Shown here: piece after piece, positions 50,567 to 62,792 of the stretch
How positions within the stretch are numbered: the first letter of the stretch is position 1
How the letters are laid out: each line of letters begins with the position of its first letter
From: Felis catus
Lineage: Eukaryota
Length of the DNA stretch: 64,000 bases
Assembly (NCBI RefSeq): GCF_018350175.1
Contig: NC_058368.1
Location: 54,686,001-54,750,000 of the forward strand
Reading direction: 5' to 3'
The notes under the pieces: model-generated
Database searches by the model: none
What the model saw: the letters and a program-made list of their open reading frames with translations, nothing else
Told to the model about the DNA's origin: nothing
Made by a program: the position numbers and the translations under genes

Positions 50567-51279
50567 TGGTATGTGTGGGTAAGAATATATTATGTACTAT
50601 GTGTGTATGTGGGAGAGAACAGGTGTATTTGTGTATGTGTACATGTGAGTGTTTATAAAGATATAGGTATCTAGGTGTAAGAGTACATGGGTAGGTATGC
50701 TTGTGTGTGTATGCCTGTGTGTGTGTGTGTTTGTGTGCCACATTAGAATGGCAAAAGGTATGACTAATGAGACATGTAGAATCTCTAGTGGTATCATCCA
50801 GGAAACTATATTTATAAAGAGCTCTCAAGTGATTCTTATATGCACTAATTTGGGAAGCACTTCAGAGTTCAAGTTAGAAGGATAGGACTTTGACAAGAAA
50901 TATGAGTTGGGAAATTTCTCCAAAAGTGAAGGTAGGAGAAAATGGATAAGAGGGTACATAGGCTTTTGAGTTTGATGGTAACGAGGTAGAAGATTCATTT
51001 CAAAGTGAATTATGCAGTGCTGTCATCAGACATGGAAGGAGAAGGAGGAGGCATGTGGGAGGGGGGAGTTAGAATGGAGGCTAAAATAGGAACTACTATT
51101 TATGGTAGTTGTGAAGGTGAGTGTAATGAAAAAATATACTCATGAGACTTACTATGAAATATCTGATGTAAATTCCAGATCATAAATTTGGAAATGAAAC
51201 CAAGAGACACATTATGCATTCTTTTCTCCGGCAAATTTCAGGAAGGAGACTGTGAGTTCATCAAGATTGAAATTTTGTG

Positions 51280-51374
51280 CAGCATTATCAACAATAGGCA
51301 AATTAGGGAAAGAGCCCAAATGTCCACTGACTGATTAATGGATAAAGAAGATGTGGTATATTTATATATATTGT

Positions 51375-51420
<46 letters not shown>

Positions 51421-51860
51421 GAATACTACTCAGCCAACAAAAAGAATTAACTCTTGTCATTCACAATGACGTGGATGAAACTAAAGTATGTTATGTTAAG
51501 TGAAATAAGTCTGAGAAAGACAAATACTATATGATTTCACTCACAAGTGGAATTTAAGAAACAAAACAGATGAACATAGGGGAAAGAAGAAAAAAAGAGA
51601 GACAGGCAAACCCTCAGAGACTCTTAACTATAAATAACAAACTAAGGGTTACTGGTGGGGAGGTGGGTGAGAGATGGGCTGAATGGGTGATGGGTATTAA
51701 GAAGGGAACTTGTTGGGATGAGCACTAGATGTTATATGTAAGTGATAAATCACTAAATTCTAATCCTGAGACCAATACTACACTATACGTTAACTAACTT
51801 GAATTTAAATAAAATTGTGAAAGAAAAAAAAATAAAGACCATGTTGGTTGAAAAAAAAAA
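51280..51860 (+). mobile_element. Carnivore L1 3' end with internal (CA)n
   Basis: AGCCCAAATGTCCACTGACTGATTAATGGATAAAGAAGATGTGG...GGAATTTAAGAAACAAAACAGATGAACATAGGGG...TAACTAACTTGAATTTAAATAAAA then poly(A). Confidence 0.9.
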
Positions 51861-52249
51861 CTGAGGTTTTGTGAGTAAGGTGAAAGGAAAGAGAAACACA
51901 ATAGTGAGGGTACTTACAAAGCGGTAATAATAATAATGGGCTCTGGGATTTCTGCCAGAAACAATTGAAGCCAAGGTGACTCAGTAATTAACTTTGCAAT
52001 CTCTCTCTCCACATTTGTAGTCTTTGCTGCTGATTTTGTGAAATTATGTTAGTTAACTGATTGTCTGCTCATATGTCTCTAGCTTTTCTTTCGAGATTTT
52101 ACCCAAGATTTACTTGTCTTTGTGCCATTTCAAAATACCCCCAGGTTTTACTTCACAGTGCTTTGTTGTGGAACATGCTATACATTATATGTCACTACAC
52201 TTGTTTTTCCCAAAGAAACACACACATACACACCCATACACACATATGT

Positions 52250-52404
52250 GTGCTCATGAATTAAGCCAATCTTCCTTATTATAAATGACAACTATTTTAT
52301 TAAGTTCATTTATTTATTTTGGTGGGGGGTGCTCATGAATTAAGCCAATCTTCCTTATTATAAATGACAACTATTTTTTTAAGTTCATTTATTTATTTTG
52401 GTGG
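52250..52404. repeat. 79-bp-period tandem duplication
   Basis: GTGCTCATGAATTAAGCCAATCTTCC...TTTATTTTGGTGG starts at 52250 and again at 52329, with one internal substitution. Confidence 0.95.
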
Positions 52405-52588
52405 TGGGGGGAGGGAAAGAGAGCATGGGTAGAGGGAGGGGCAGAGAGACAAGGAGAGAGAGAATCCCAAGCAGGGTCCACACTATCAGCATGGAGCCCA
52501 AGGCGGGGCTCAATCACACAAATGTGAAATCATGACCTGAGCCAAAATTGAGTCAGATGCTTTACTGACTGAGCCACCCAGGTGTCCC
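52373..52588 (-). mobile_element. Can-SINE
   Basis: GAATCCCAAGCAGG...GCCACCCAGGTGTCCC; TSD TAA(A/C)TGACAACT at 52361-52372 and 52589-52600. Confidence 0.93.
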
Positions 52589-52689
52589 TAACTGACAACT
52601 TAACTAAAAGAAAATATAAAAGGAAGTAGAAAATAAGACAGCAAAAGAAAAAAACATATTCAAAGTATTAAGATAATATATTAAGATTC

Positions 52690-52880
52690 ATTATTACTAC
52701 ACTCTTGGCACTGTACAAAACAGTTCTATAAATTTGGTAGTAATATTTGCATCCCTATCTTGTTTTCAGATAAGGACATGAGGTATTAGTTCAATTAATT
52801 TGTGAAAGGTTCTATACATAGCAATCACAGCAGGAATTTGAATTTAGCCTACCCACTTTAAAAATCTAGATTTCTATTAC
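52690..52880 (-). mobile_element. MIR fragment
   Basis: TTTTCAGATAAGGACATGAGG...CAGGAATTTGAATTTAG antisense MIR core. Confidence 0.5.
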
Positions 52881-53332
52881 TTCCCAGTACCCACTCATAT
52901 ATACATATATCCTAAAAATATAAATAAAAGTAAACCCATCTCTATCTGTATGTGATGTTATTTCACCATCCATATTTGGTTTTGTTTAGTATTTATAAAC
53001 TCTCATGTTAAACATACATTTAGTGTTTTATTCCCAGAAATAAATCATTCCAAAAAAAATTATAGAAGTGAATATATCCTTGGCCTCTTCCTCTGAGTGC
53101 TAGAATCAGGTAAGTTCTGCTTTGTTCATGTATCTGCCTAGAACAATTGATTTTGGGGATCTTTGAGAAATGTATTATTGAAACCAAAGAGACTGCCTCA
53201 GAATGATAATATCCTATGGAATGGGAATTATGTGCAATCCATGATGTGGATAATCATTTTATTGAATGCAAGTGATGTGCAGTGGGACCTCTACATAGTG
53301 TTTTGATTCTCTCTATACAAAAAAGATTTTGA

Positions 53333-53490
53333 GGAGCGCCTGGGTGGCTCAGTGAGTTGAGCTTCCCACTCTTGATCTCAGCTCAGGTCATGATCTCAGG
53401 GTTGTGGGATCGAGCCCCCTGTCAAGCTTTGAGCTGATCTTGGAGCCTGCTTAAGATTTCCACTCCCCTCTATCTCTCTGTCTCTCTCTG

Positions 53491-53537
<47 letters not shown>

Positions 53538-53575
53538 TCTCCTCCACTCATGCTCTCTCTCTCAAATAAAGATTA
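53333..53575 (+). mobile_element. Can-SINE with long CT tract
   Basis: GGAGCGCCTGGGTGGCTCAG head, CTCTTGATCTCAGCTCAGGTCATGATCTCAGG, (CT)n, AATAAA. Confidence 0.94.
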
Positions 53576-54171
53576 AAGCAACAGCAACAACAGTAACAAA
53601 ACTTTTGAGAGTCCTCATCTTGATCTTTGTACTTATTCAGTCTAGAATGTTCCATTTTTTATTTTCCATGTGTCATACACATCATTTTCTGTCAAGTCAT
53701 TTTATTATAATTTTCTGTATACTCTCCACAATTCTTCTGCTTATATCTGCTCAGGTGCAGTAAATCAGGGACATTTTCTGTTTAAAAATCACACTAAATC
53801 CAAAGTCTCAAATAGTGATATTTAAAAATTGCTTCCTTGTTTTACAGCATCCAAAGAGTCTTCACTAGTTATTCGTTAATCACAGAATTACTTTCCTCTT
53901 TTCTTTCTTTATTTTATTGTCCATACATTTTTCATTTTTTAAAACTTGGAAGTATTTCACCATCAGGTTAAATCACGAATGGCTCAATGCTTCCTTGAGT
54001 AATGAAATTCACTCTTCCTTCTCTTCTTCCACCTTCCTCTCCTCCCTTTCTCCTCTCTTTCTTCCTCCTTGCATCCTCCTCTCTGCTGATACTGCTGCTT
54101 CTTGCTCTCCTTTCTCTCCTCTGCCTTCTAAGCCATGCTGAATGCACTCTGATGGCTTCATAATTATTACA

Positions 54172-54715
54172 TCTAGAGTTTCAGTCAGAGTTCAATCTGA
54201 GAAGCAGAGTCACGGCATCATTAGAAATGTACATTTATATCTATATTGGTATTTATTACAAGTAGTTGCCTTACAACAACTGTGGGGGTTGACCAAGCAA
54301 TTCCAAAGTCCTTGCGATAGGCTATGAGGAAAGGAAGCTCACAAGCGGGCTGGTTCCACAGACCTCATGGCTATTTGGAGTCTTTACCTCAGTGAAGGCC
54401 TGAAGCCCTTTTAAATTGGCCTTCTTACTGGCTACATCAGCCCCCTCCAGCGTAATCTCCCTTCTGATTGACTTAAAGTCACTGATTAAGGACTCTAATC
54501 ATATTTGCACAGTCACTTCAAGCAGCACCTCGATTAATGTCTGTTGAATAACTGAAAGAAGGGATGGGGATTCTGTAAAATGACTATTACTCCCTTTTGT
54601 CCTTCAACTATCCTAAAAGAATGTCCCTTGTAGCCTGACCTGAAAGAAATCATGCTAGAAAGGGTATTTTAGGGACTGTAGTTCAGCATGGCCAAATTGA
54701 TATATCAATGCTATT
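54172..54715 (-). mobile_element. MLT2-like ERVL LTR
   Basis: TCAGTCAGAGTTCAAT...TAATCTCCCTT...ACTTAAAGTCACTGATTA...AGCAGCACCTCGATTAATGTCTG...GCCAAATTGATATATCAA antisense MLT2. Confidence 0.7.
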
Positions 54716-56068
54716 AAATCAAGTTCCAAGCCCTAATATTAAGTTAAATTCTTTTAAAAAAAAACAACACATTGGAACTGGAATTATATACTAGTTCAAA
54801 TAACTAGAAGTCATTTTTATTAATATTTACTTAAGAAACAACAAATGAGCCCTGGCAGTCACCTTAAGCTGTAATATAATGTGTTCTATCCTCTCCAATG
54901 ACTGCCTGGGTCCTCCCTTGCCTGCACTGTTTTACATGTAAGTACTATCATATGATCTGGTCTAGGTCAATGAGAAGTAAGCAAAAGAATTTGGAAAAGT
55001 TCCTAAGAATAGTGTTGCTTTGCTTGTTTTCTTTAACACTGGCTTTGTTTCTTTATTTAAACATAGCATGAAAACTATTACATGTCCATCATGGTAAGTT
55101 TATAAGAATTACAGAAATTTCACCACTGGCATTCTTGAGGTATTAAATCCCCTTCTGACATCTAAGAATAATGAGCCATATTTAAAATCCTGTATAGTCA
55201 GGTTTTCTGTTACCTGCAGATGAAAGCATATTTATTTGTAGCATATGCGTACTATTTTATCTATAAATCTGCCTCTTGGCAGTATTTATGAGAATGGACT
55301 GGACAATTATGCACATAAACATATATGCACAAGGCTGTTTATTATAAAATTTATAACTTATAATACCAAATGTGGAAACCCTATATTGCCTAATATATTG
55401 GGATTGGTCAAATAAATTAAGTTATATTCAAAATATGGAAGCATGTTTCCATAGGTGAAGAAAGGTTAAGTAATGCATAATAATGCATAGTAAGTTGTGA
55501 ATATTTGAGACAGCAGTCAACCCAAGCAGTTTAACTTCAGATTCCATACTTTGGCATCCACACTAAACTTCTTCTATATTCATGAATATAGAAGTATTGT
55601 GTAAGTTATTAACTATAAAAGCATAAGTTAAAACAGTATGATTTGTACAAACTTATTTATACAGACTACATACTTATGTACTATTAACAAATATGTGCAT
55701 TTTTATGCATGCATGGAATGAAAATTTATATATTCTACTTCTTGAAAATCTATGCATAAATTTTGAAATTCTGTTGCAGTGCTGAATTTTGTTTTGAACC
55801 TTAATATGTTAGAGTCACATTTTATTTATTTATTTGTACTTCCATAAACTTGCAAGAAAGAATATGTCACAATGTTTTAAATAAGAGTATATATAGTTCT
55901 TATTGACTGAGTTATTTTATAAATGCATCAGCAACATTATAGTTTGTGTAATTATAAGAAAATTAGTGAGTTCAGCATTCCAAGAAATACAAAGTTAACA
56001 AACACCATTTTTGAGAAATATTTTGGAAGTAAAAATGATACTCAAGTTTATAACTTAATAATATTTGA

Positions 56069-56185
56069 GGGGTGCCTGGGTAGCTCAGTTGGTTAATCAT
56101 GACAACTCTTGATTTCAGCTCAGGTCATGTCAAGATCTCATGATTGTGGGACCAGGCTCCTGCTGGGCGTGGAGCCTGTTTAAGA

Positions 56186-56222
<37 letters not shown>

Positions 56223-56270
56223 TGCTCATATCCTGTTCTCATGCAAACTCTCTCTCTCTAAAATAATAAT
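56069..56270 (+). mobile_element. Can-SINE
   Basis: GGGGTGCCTGGGTAGCTCAGTTGGTTAA head, (CT)n, A-rich tail. Confidence 0.93.
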
Positions 56271-58048
56271 AATTATTATTAATATTATTTAGATAATTAA
56301 AAGTAATCTTGAATATTTACATGAAAGTTCTTTATCTTATTGGAAATCTTCTTAAAAGTTTGCTTTATGATAACAGGTTACTATCAAATAGAATAAATAT
56401 GACATTTGTGGTTCACTGGTATTTAAATATTTTCAAAATATATCCCATATCTTTCTAAATGAAGGATGATATCCTTCTTTTACAGTCTCCAAAGAACTTG
56501 TATCAATAACTCCTTTTCTGAAAGCTTCTCTTTAAGAACTTTGTAAGTAAAATATATTTTTAAAAATGATAATCTCACCAAGCTCACTTACTCCAATAGT
56601 TTATGGTGCAATGAGGATTTTTAACTTTTAGTTTCCTCTTTATACATTTTAGAATTTGCTAACATTTCTCAGAATAGCTGACATACAGAACTGAACACAG
56701 TGCTACAAAGTTCTTTGTGTGTATTTCCATAAAATCTTGCTATAAAACTGTAGCATTTGAAGTTTACAGGTCGATCTCCCCCATGAGAATGAGAACCTGA
56801 CAGGCAAGTGCTATGCTCTAGTCCTCATGGTGGAAGAAACTCTTACAAAATTTTTAAATATTTTATGAACTAATGATGAAATAAATGACACATTTTAATA
56901 TTGGTCATTACTTTGTGTCTATGTGTTATTTTTCATTAGGTTGGGAAAACACTGTGTCTTTCAGCCAGAAAACACTCTGACATTATTTATGATCTCCCTC
57001 TTTTATTTCTCACCAAAATACCTGAAACTACTTCTGTCCTGAGTTCATATTTTATCACATAGGCGTTCTTCCATTGCCATGTACTGTTGCCAAATCACCA
57101 CATATCAATTACATACATTACTTTCAAAAATGTCCTTTTTGTAATCACTATTCTCAGTCCGTAATATTTCACAGATACCCATTTAACCACAATCATTTTC
57201 CTATGTTAGAATTTCTGGAAGACTTTGTTTCTTAATTTGAAATAGTGCTATATAAATTGTCTTAGGAAAAATAATAACAAAAAAAAAGGAAAGAAAAGTG
57301 TTCCTCTGATCTGTGTCAACATCCCCATGATATTTCAGAGAAATACTTTCTTACTTATGTTTATTTAGTTGCCTTCTGAATTATCTATTTCATACTTGTA
57401 ATCACTTGTAATGGAGCATTGGTCCCTTTCCTCTTCAAATATAAATTTGATTAAGTTGGTGATTTTACTGACTTATATATTTGATTTGGTTTGATTTAGT
57501 TTTCCCATGAGGTGAAGTTTTTTGGTAAGAAAACAGTAAGATTCTCCTTTCTGATATCTGGCTGTTCACATGTCTTCTATCTTTGCCAAAACACAGAATG
57601 CTTCAGCTATTAGAAAAAAACATAAATATTATCCCAAGCAATTATTTTCCTGTCTTAAATTTCAAAATCATCAAATATATATTCATATAAAACTCCTAGA
57701 ATTCACACTATATTTGATGGTTTCTTTGACAATTTTGTACATAGAACATTTTTATCTGGTACAGCAGTGAGTCTTCAAAACTCTATTATGATTTTCTTTT
57801 TATTAATCTAGTAATAGCATTCTTTACATATGATAATACTATCAACTCTTTGGAAAATTAAGAAAAAAAACACTAGATAAATAAAGAAAGCAAACAGAAT
57901 AAGCTCAAAAACTAAAAACAATGGTTTCTTACTCATTTGCTATATTAGCAAGTTTTTAGATCTCCAACCTATCAAATACAGAGGGAGCTGGGTCCCTTGA
58001 GACCAGGTTCTGCAACGTTCTAAAAGAATATGAAATCAACATCTCTCT

Positions 58049-58238
58049 GGGGCACCTGGGTGGTTCAGTTGTTGGGCGTCCGATTCTTGATTTCAGCTCA
58101 GGTCACCATCTCATGGTTCATGAGTTTGAGCCCTGTGTCAGGTTCTGTGCTGACAGCACATGGAGTCTGCTTGGAATTCTCTCTCTCTGCCTCTCCCCCC
58201 ACTCTCTCTCTCTCTCAAATAAAAATAAAAATAAAAAT
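58049..58238 (+). mobile_element. Can-SINE
   Basis: GGGGCACCTGGGTGGTTCAGTT head, CT tract, (AAAAAT)n tail. Confidence 0.93.
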
Positions 58239-58472
58239 CCCTCCAAATGTTTTCCCTAAGTAAACCTGCATGTGTTTACCAACATAAATATACAATGGGT
58301 AAAATTATGAGGGCTCTCAGATACACATGTGATTCTGAAACTATTGATAGGGAATGTGAAATGCCATCAAGGTCTTTCAATCAGAATAGAGGCATAAAAA
58401 ATCCGTGATAAATGAAATCTTGACCCAAGTCCATCTCATAGTCAATCATTCCATTGAGTACACAGACATAAC

Positions 58473-59290
58473 TGTGACATTGTGATTTATAATAAGAAAT
58501 ACATTTTAGGTCTTCATCTCTGTTTCTGACTCCTAAATACCTTGGAATTCCCTAAGTGATGAAAGCCATAAAGGAGTCTTTTGTTATGTTAATGAAATGA
58601 CTTTTGGAACACAAAGATGGATGGGAGCTCATCGGAGAGAAACCAACCTATGATTACAGGGTTGGAACTTTCAGTCCCCCTGATATCCAGAGAGGGGAGA
58701 GGGGCTGGAGTTTGAGCCCAATCACACTAGTGGCCAGTGATTTAATCAAGCATACTTATATAATGAAGCCTCTATGAAACCTCCAAAGGATGGGATTTGG
58801 AGAGGTTCTGGGATGGCAAATGTGTGGAAATTTGGGAAGACTGCTACTCAGAAAGGATATGGAAGCTCTGTGCCTTTTCCCCATACCTCACCCTATGTAT
58901 TTTTTCATCGGGCTGTTGATTTGTATGTATCCTTTAATATCCTTTGTAAATCAGTAACCTAGTGATTAAATAGGTATCCAGAGTTCTGTGAGCTGCTCTA
59001 GCAAATTAATGGAACCCAAGAAGAGGTTGTGGGAACCACCAGTCTGTAAGTGGTTGTTGGTCAGAAGCACAGATAACAACCTGGCTTTGCAACTGGCATC
59101 TGAAATGGGTGGGTGTGTCAGGGGGCAGTCTCATAAGACTGAACCCTTGGTCTATGGGATCTGATGCGATCCCCAGGTTGACAGTATCCAAACTGAGTTG
59201 AACTGTAGGACACTCAGCTGGTATCCAGAGCTTTCTGGTTGGTTGTATGGAACTCTAATCCTGGACAAATCAGAATTTTGTCATCAGAAC
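58473..59290 (+). mobile_element. MER21-family ERVL LTR
   Basis: TGTGACATTGTGATTTATAATAAGAAATA...ACCAACCTATGATTACAGGGTTGGAACTTTCAG...GAGTTCTGTGAGCTGCTCTAGCAAATTAAT...GGATCTGATGC, as in recalled MER21B/C. Confidence 0.85.
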
Positions 59291-59299
59291 CACTTCTAC

Positions 59300-61000
59300 T
59301 ACTTAGGTTATCCCTAGTATTTAAGAACAAAATTAGAGTGATTATATCAAACGGCTGGCATGACACTTGCACAGTTTCCCTCGTTTGTAATGTAAAGAGC
59401 TTTTTTTGGCATAAAGGAATAAGGGGCAGCTCCTGAAACTCTCCCTGGCTCCCATCTCTTCCATATCAGTCAAGGCACTAAACCAGAAGTCATGCTATGT
59501 ATCCTTGGTGAAATGGCAGAGATTATGAACACTCTCAAATACTTAAAGGTGATACAATTTCTTGTCCTATACATTTATGGGTTCTCCCCCTTTGTTGGGG
59601 GGAAGTTGGGGTGTGATAGATTACTCCATGTAGAGGTCGCTTTTAGGCAACAAACTTGAGCAATGGAAACCCGAGTAAGAAAGAAGGGTCCACAGTAACC
59701 CCCAACTCCCTGGCTGAATACAAACAGGCCTATTCGGTGACCCATCTCAAAATATCCATAAGCCCTAGCTGACCAGTGGTTTACTTACACCTGGACACAA
59801 GCACTAAAAAAGGAAAATTCCATATGTTTGCATACCTCCTCACCCTCCCCGCCCTTAACTAGCCCGGTACTGCTGCCTTGTGGTAGACAGTCCCTCCTTT
59901 CTTATCCTGGCCACAATTCCCTTGCAGTGTATTCAATAAACGTCTATCTCCTTTGTTCTACCTTGGGTGAAATCCTCCATCACCTGTGCCACTGGCCTCC
60001 ACCTTATTGTGTCACCCACATTTGGTGGCTCCTCCATCTGATTGAGAGCCTGACACATTCTGCATTACCTTAAATTTAACCAATTGGCAGACTCTATTTG
60101 TATTGCCAGATGTGGCATCTTTACTGTAGCAAATCCATATAACCTCTGGCAATTTTTATGAAGCTATTAATCTAGTGAACGCATCCTTTTCAAACCCCAT
60201 TAGTAAAAAGGATTAAAGTCATTTTGCTTTTATGTGGGGAGGACAGTAGTGCTTTATCAATTTCTTATCCTTAGGCTTTATCAGTGCTCCTTCAGGTCAT
60301 TGTTAACCTGCTCATCCTGACATGAAAATCATCATGTTGATACTATATATTCTGTCACTCGATACAGCTACACAGGTAGAATGTTGGAACAGCCTATGAA
60401 AGGCCAAACTAAATTGTCAGTTTAGGGATGGAACCATGCAGGACTGAGGCACTAGTATATACTTTGACCAAATGGCCAATATAGGTTACTGTGTCCCTGA
60501 TATCTAGAATATCCAAGTCTGGAAATCTTGAATTTGGAGTAAGGGGCCACACTACAAGGAACACAAGAAGCATTCCAATGAACTGAACAATGGGACTACC
60601 ACTTAGACACTTTTGACTTCTTATCCTGGTGGATCAGAAGGATCTACCATAGAAAGAAGTTATTATACTGATAATTGACAGGTGACAAGGGGAAATTCAC
60701 ACTAATTATCATAAGAGGCTAAGAATACTGATACACAATAGGGTTAAAGAAGAGTATGCCTAAAATCTATGGAGTTTACTGTGCAAAGACCTGGCTTTTC
60801 AATTCCAGGAATAACTGTAAATGGGCAATTGCAGGAAATGGAATCAAAAAAAGATAAGACAATTAAGAGTCTGGTTTGCTCCCATTAGACAAATAATCCA
60901 GACAAATGGGAGTGCTGAACAAAGTGAGATCTAGGATGGATGGTTGAGGAAGAAAATGATGGCGAGCCAAATACAGATTTGGGATTGGCTACATGGGTGG
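59300..61000 (+). mobile_element. ERVL internal fragments (pol/int), decayed
   Basis: GCTATTAATCTAGTGAACGCATCCTTTTCAAACCCCATT (AIDLANAFFSIP-like RT motif) and TTTGCTTTTATGTGGGGAGGACAGTAG (FAFxWxGQ); integrase-region-like GAATGTTGGAACAGCCTA. Confidence 0.65.
59593..60055 (+). mobile_element. Younger solo LTR inserted into the ERVL fragment
   Basis: TGTTGGGGG...AATAAA (59935)...GCCTGACA; flanked by CCTT and CATT (possible 4-bp TSD, one mismatch). Family not recognised. Confidence 0.6.
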
Positions 61001-61049
61001 GAACCACAGCTCATTCATGGAGACTGAGACAAATGGATTTGCATTTTGT

Positions 61050-61706
61050 CTCTGGGGAGGTAGTGGAAATATGTGGTTTTCACCAAAAGAGATCTAAATT
61101 ATTGAGTAGTTACTGGGTATTTGAAGCCATGAAGGTTGATTCCTGTTGCCAGTGTAGACTATATGAGCAACTTTTATGTACAACCACAGATCCTCTTGGT
61201 ACCAGAACACTTGGCAAACTGTGTCATCCTAGCTGCCATGGAGAGTGACCTCATGTGTGCACAACCATCAGTACCATGTCTCTTGCCCATTCTGCACACC
61301 CTTATGTTGCAATGTTAGGTTTTCTCTGTGGCGTAGTCATAAGATTCCACAGGACTTACATTGTGCTCATGCATTTGCAACCAGAAGCGTGGGGAAGAAA
61401 AATCTTTGGTCGATTTAACACTAGGGTCAAAAGATCAATAATTTATCTTTCCTTCAGCAGGAAAGAATTTCCAGAAATTAACATAGCTTCTCAGATAAAA
61501 TTTCTGAGATGTTTAGTTATAAGCTACATAACTTAAAAAGTGGTAGCCAGCTCAATATGTACTTCCAAAATTGTTTCCCTTTTTTCTCAGTCTTACTACC
61601 TCTTTCAATCAATACTGCATTCTCGAGTTCTGTACCACTTTCTAAATTATTAACTTACATAAGATTTTCCTCAGGCTGTATTTTCTAGGGCACCCACTCT
61701 AAGACA
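61050..61706 (+). mobile_element. Probable old ERVL 3' LTR
   Basis: Ends CTCAGGCTGTATTTTCTAGGGCACCCACTCTAAGACA, a typical ERVL LTR terminus, directly after ERVL internal sequence; start uncertain. Confidence 0.45.
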
Positions 61707-62576
61707 AACATGTGCATCAGTGGACCAGTTCTCTCTTTCAGTACATATCTATCTCATATACATGTTTCAGATTTTGTAGATCGTTCCTCTGTGCCTCCAT
61801 TCCCCCCCCCCCTTTTAAGCAAGTCAGAGTACCTTGAACTCTATCTTGTTTGTCATAATTGTATCTATTCTTTGAGGCTCTAAATGATTTCTTTTCTGAT
61901 CTTTTATATTATTCTTTCAAAATATTTTCAGAATCTATTTTAAGAATTGTGATGCTATCCTACTTTTCTATCTATATTTTAGTTTATTAAACCTAAGGAC
62001 TCTATATATTTCTTCTTTCTGGGACACATCACACCTTCTAACTGTCCAATAAAATGTGGTGTGAATATTTATTTTGATGTTAATTTGTTTTCTACTGTGT
62101 AGTTCCCCCCACCATTTCTACCCCATTCCAACATGGTAGCCAGTTCTCTGATGCTCTCATACTCTAGAGAATATTAATATTTAACAAGTTTTAACTTGTT
62201 TAATGAGTTTTGTATAACCTTCTTTCCTGTCCTCTTCCCTTTCAATTCTCATTTGGTGGGACATTATCCACAAAATGAGAGAGTTTTGTTTTGGTTTTGT
62301 TTGGTTTTTTCCTTAGAACATTTTTAGAATAGCAGAAAAGATGATAGATTTCTACCTTACCTCTTTTTTTCTTTTTTTGAAAGGTTATTGAGATCAGATA
62401 GGCATGTGATATATCATTGACTCATGCCCTGTTTTATATTTACATCCTAAGGATTTACATCCTTGTGTAACTTAAGGATGTAGCAAGGCCTCAGAGGGGA
62501 TGGTTGCATAATGCATCCAGGTAGGTTGGACATTAAGCTTCAGGGGCAATAAGAGCAGTCTAAAATTTTGTGCATA

Positions 62577-62792
62577 GGGGCGCCTGGGTGGCGCAGTCGG
62601 TTAAGCGTCCGACTTCAGCCAGGTCATGATCTCGCACTCCGTGAGTTCGAGCCCCGCGTCAGGCTCTGGGCTGATGGCTCAGAGCCTGGAGCCTGTTTCC
62701 GATTCTGTGTCTCCCTCTGTCTCTGCCCCTCCCCCGTTCATGCTCTGTCTCTCTCTCTCTCTGTCCCAAAAATAAATAAACGTTGAAAAAAA
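62577..62792 (+). mobile_element. Young Felidae Can-SINE (SINEC_Fc-like)
   Basis: GGGGCGCCTGGGTGGCGCAGTCGGTTAAGCGTCCGACTTCAGCCAGG, CpG-rich; perfect 16-bp TSD TAAAATTTTGTGCATA at 62561-62576 and 62793-62808. Confidence 0.98.

Noticed and set aside
49901..50885. ORFs with CV or HT repeats
   Set aside because: Translations of (TG)n/(CA)n-rich sequence.
62439..62482. Short direct and inverted TACATCCT repeats
   Set aside because: Arms are only 8-10 bp and lie in probable repeat-derived DNA; no evidence of function.
62577..62660. tRNA gene
   Set aside because: The A/B-box-like sequence is the tRNA-derived SINE head, followed by SINE body, CT tract, A tail and TSD.
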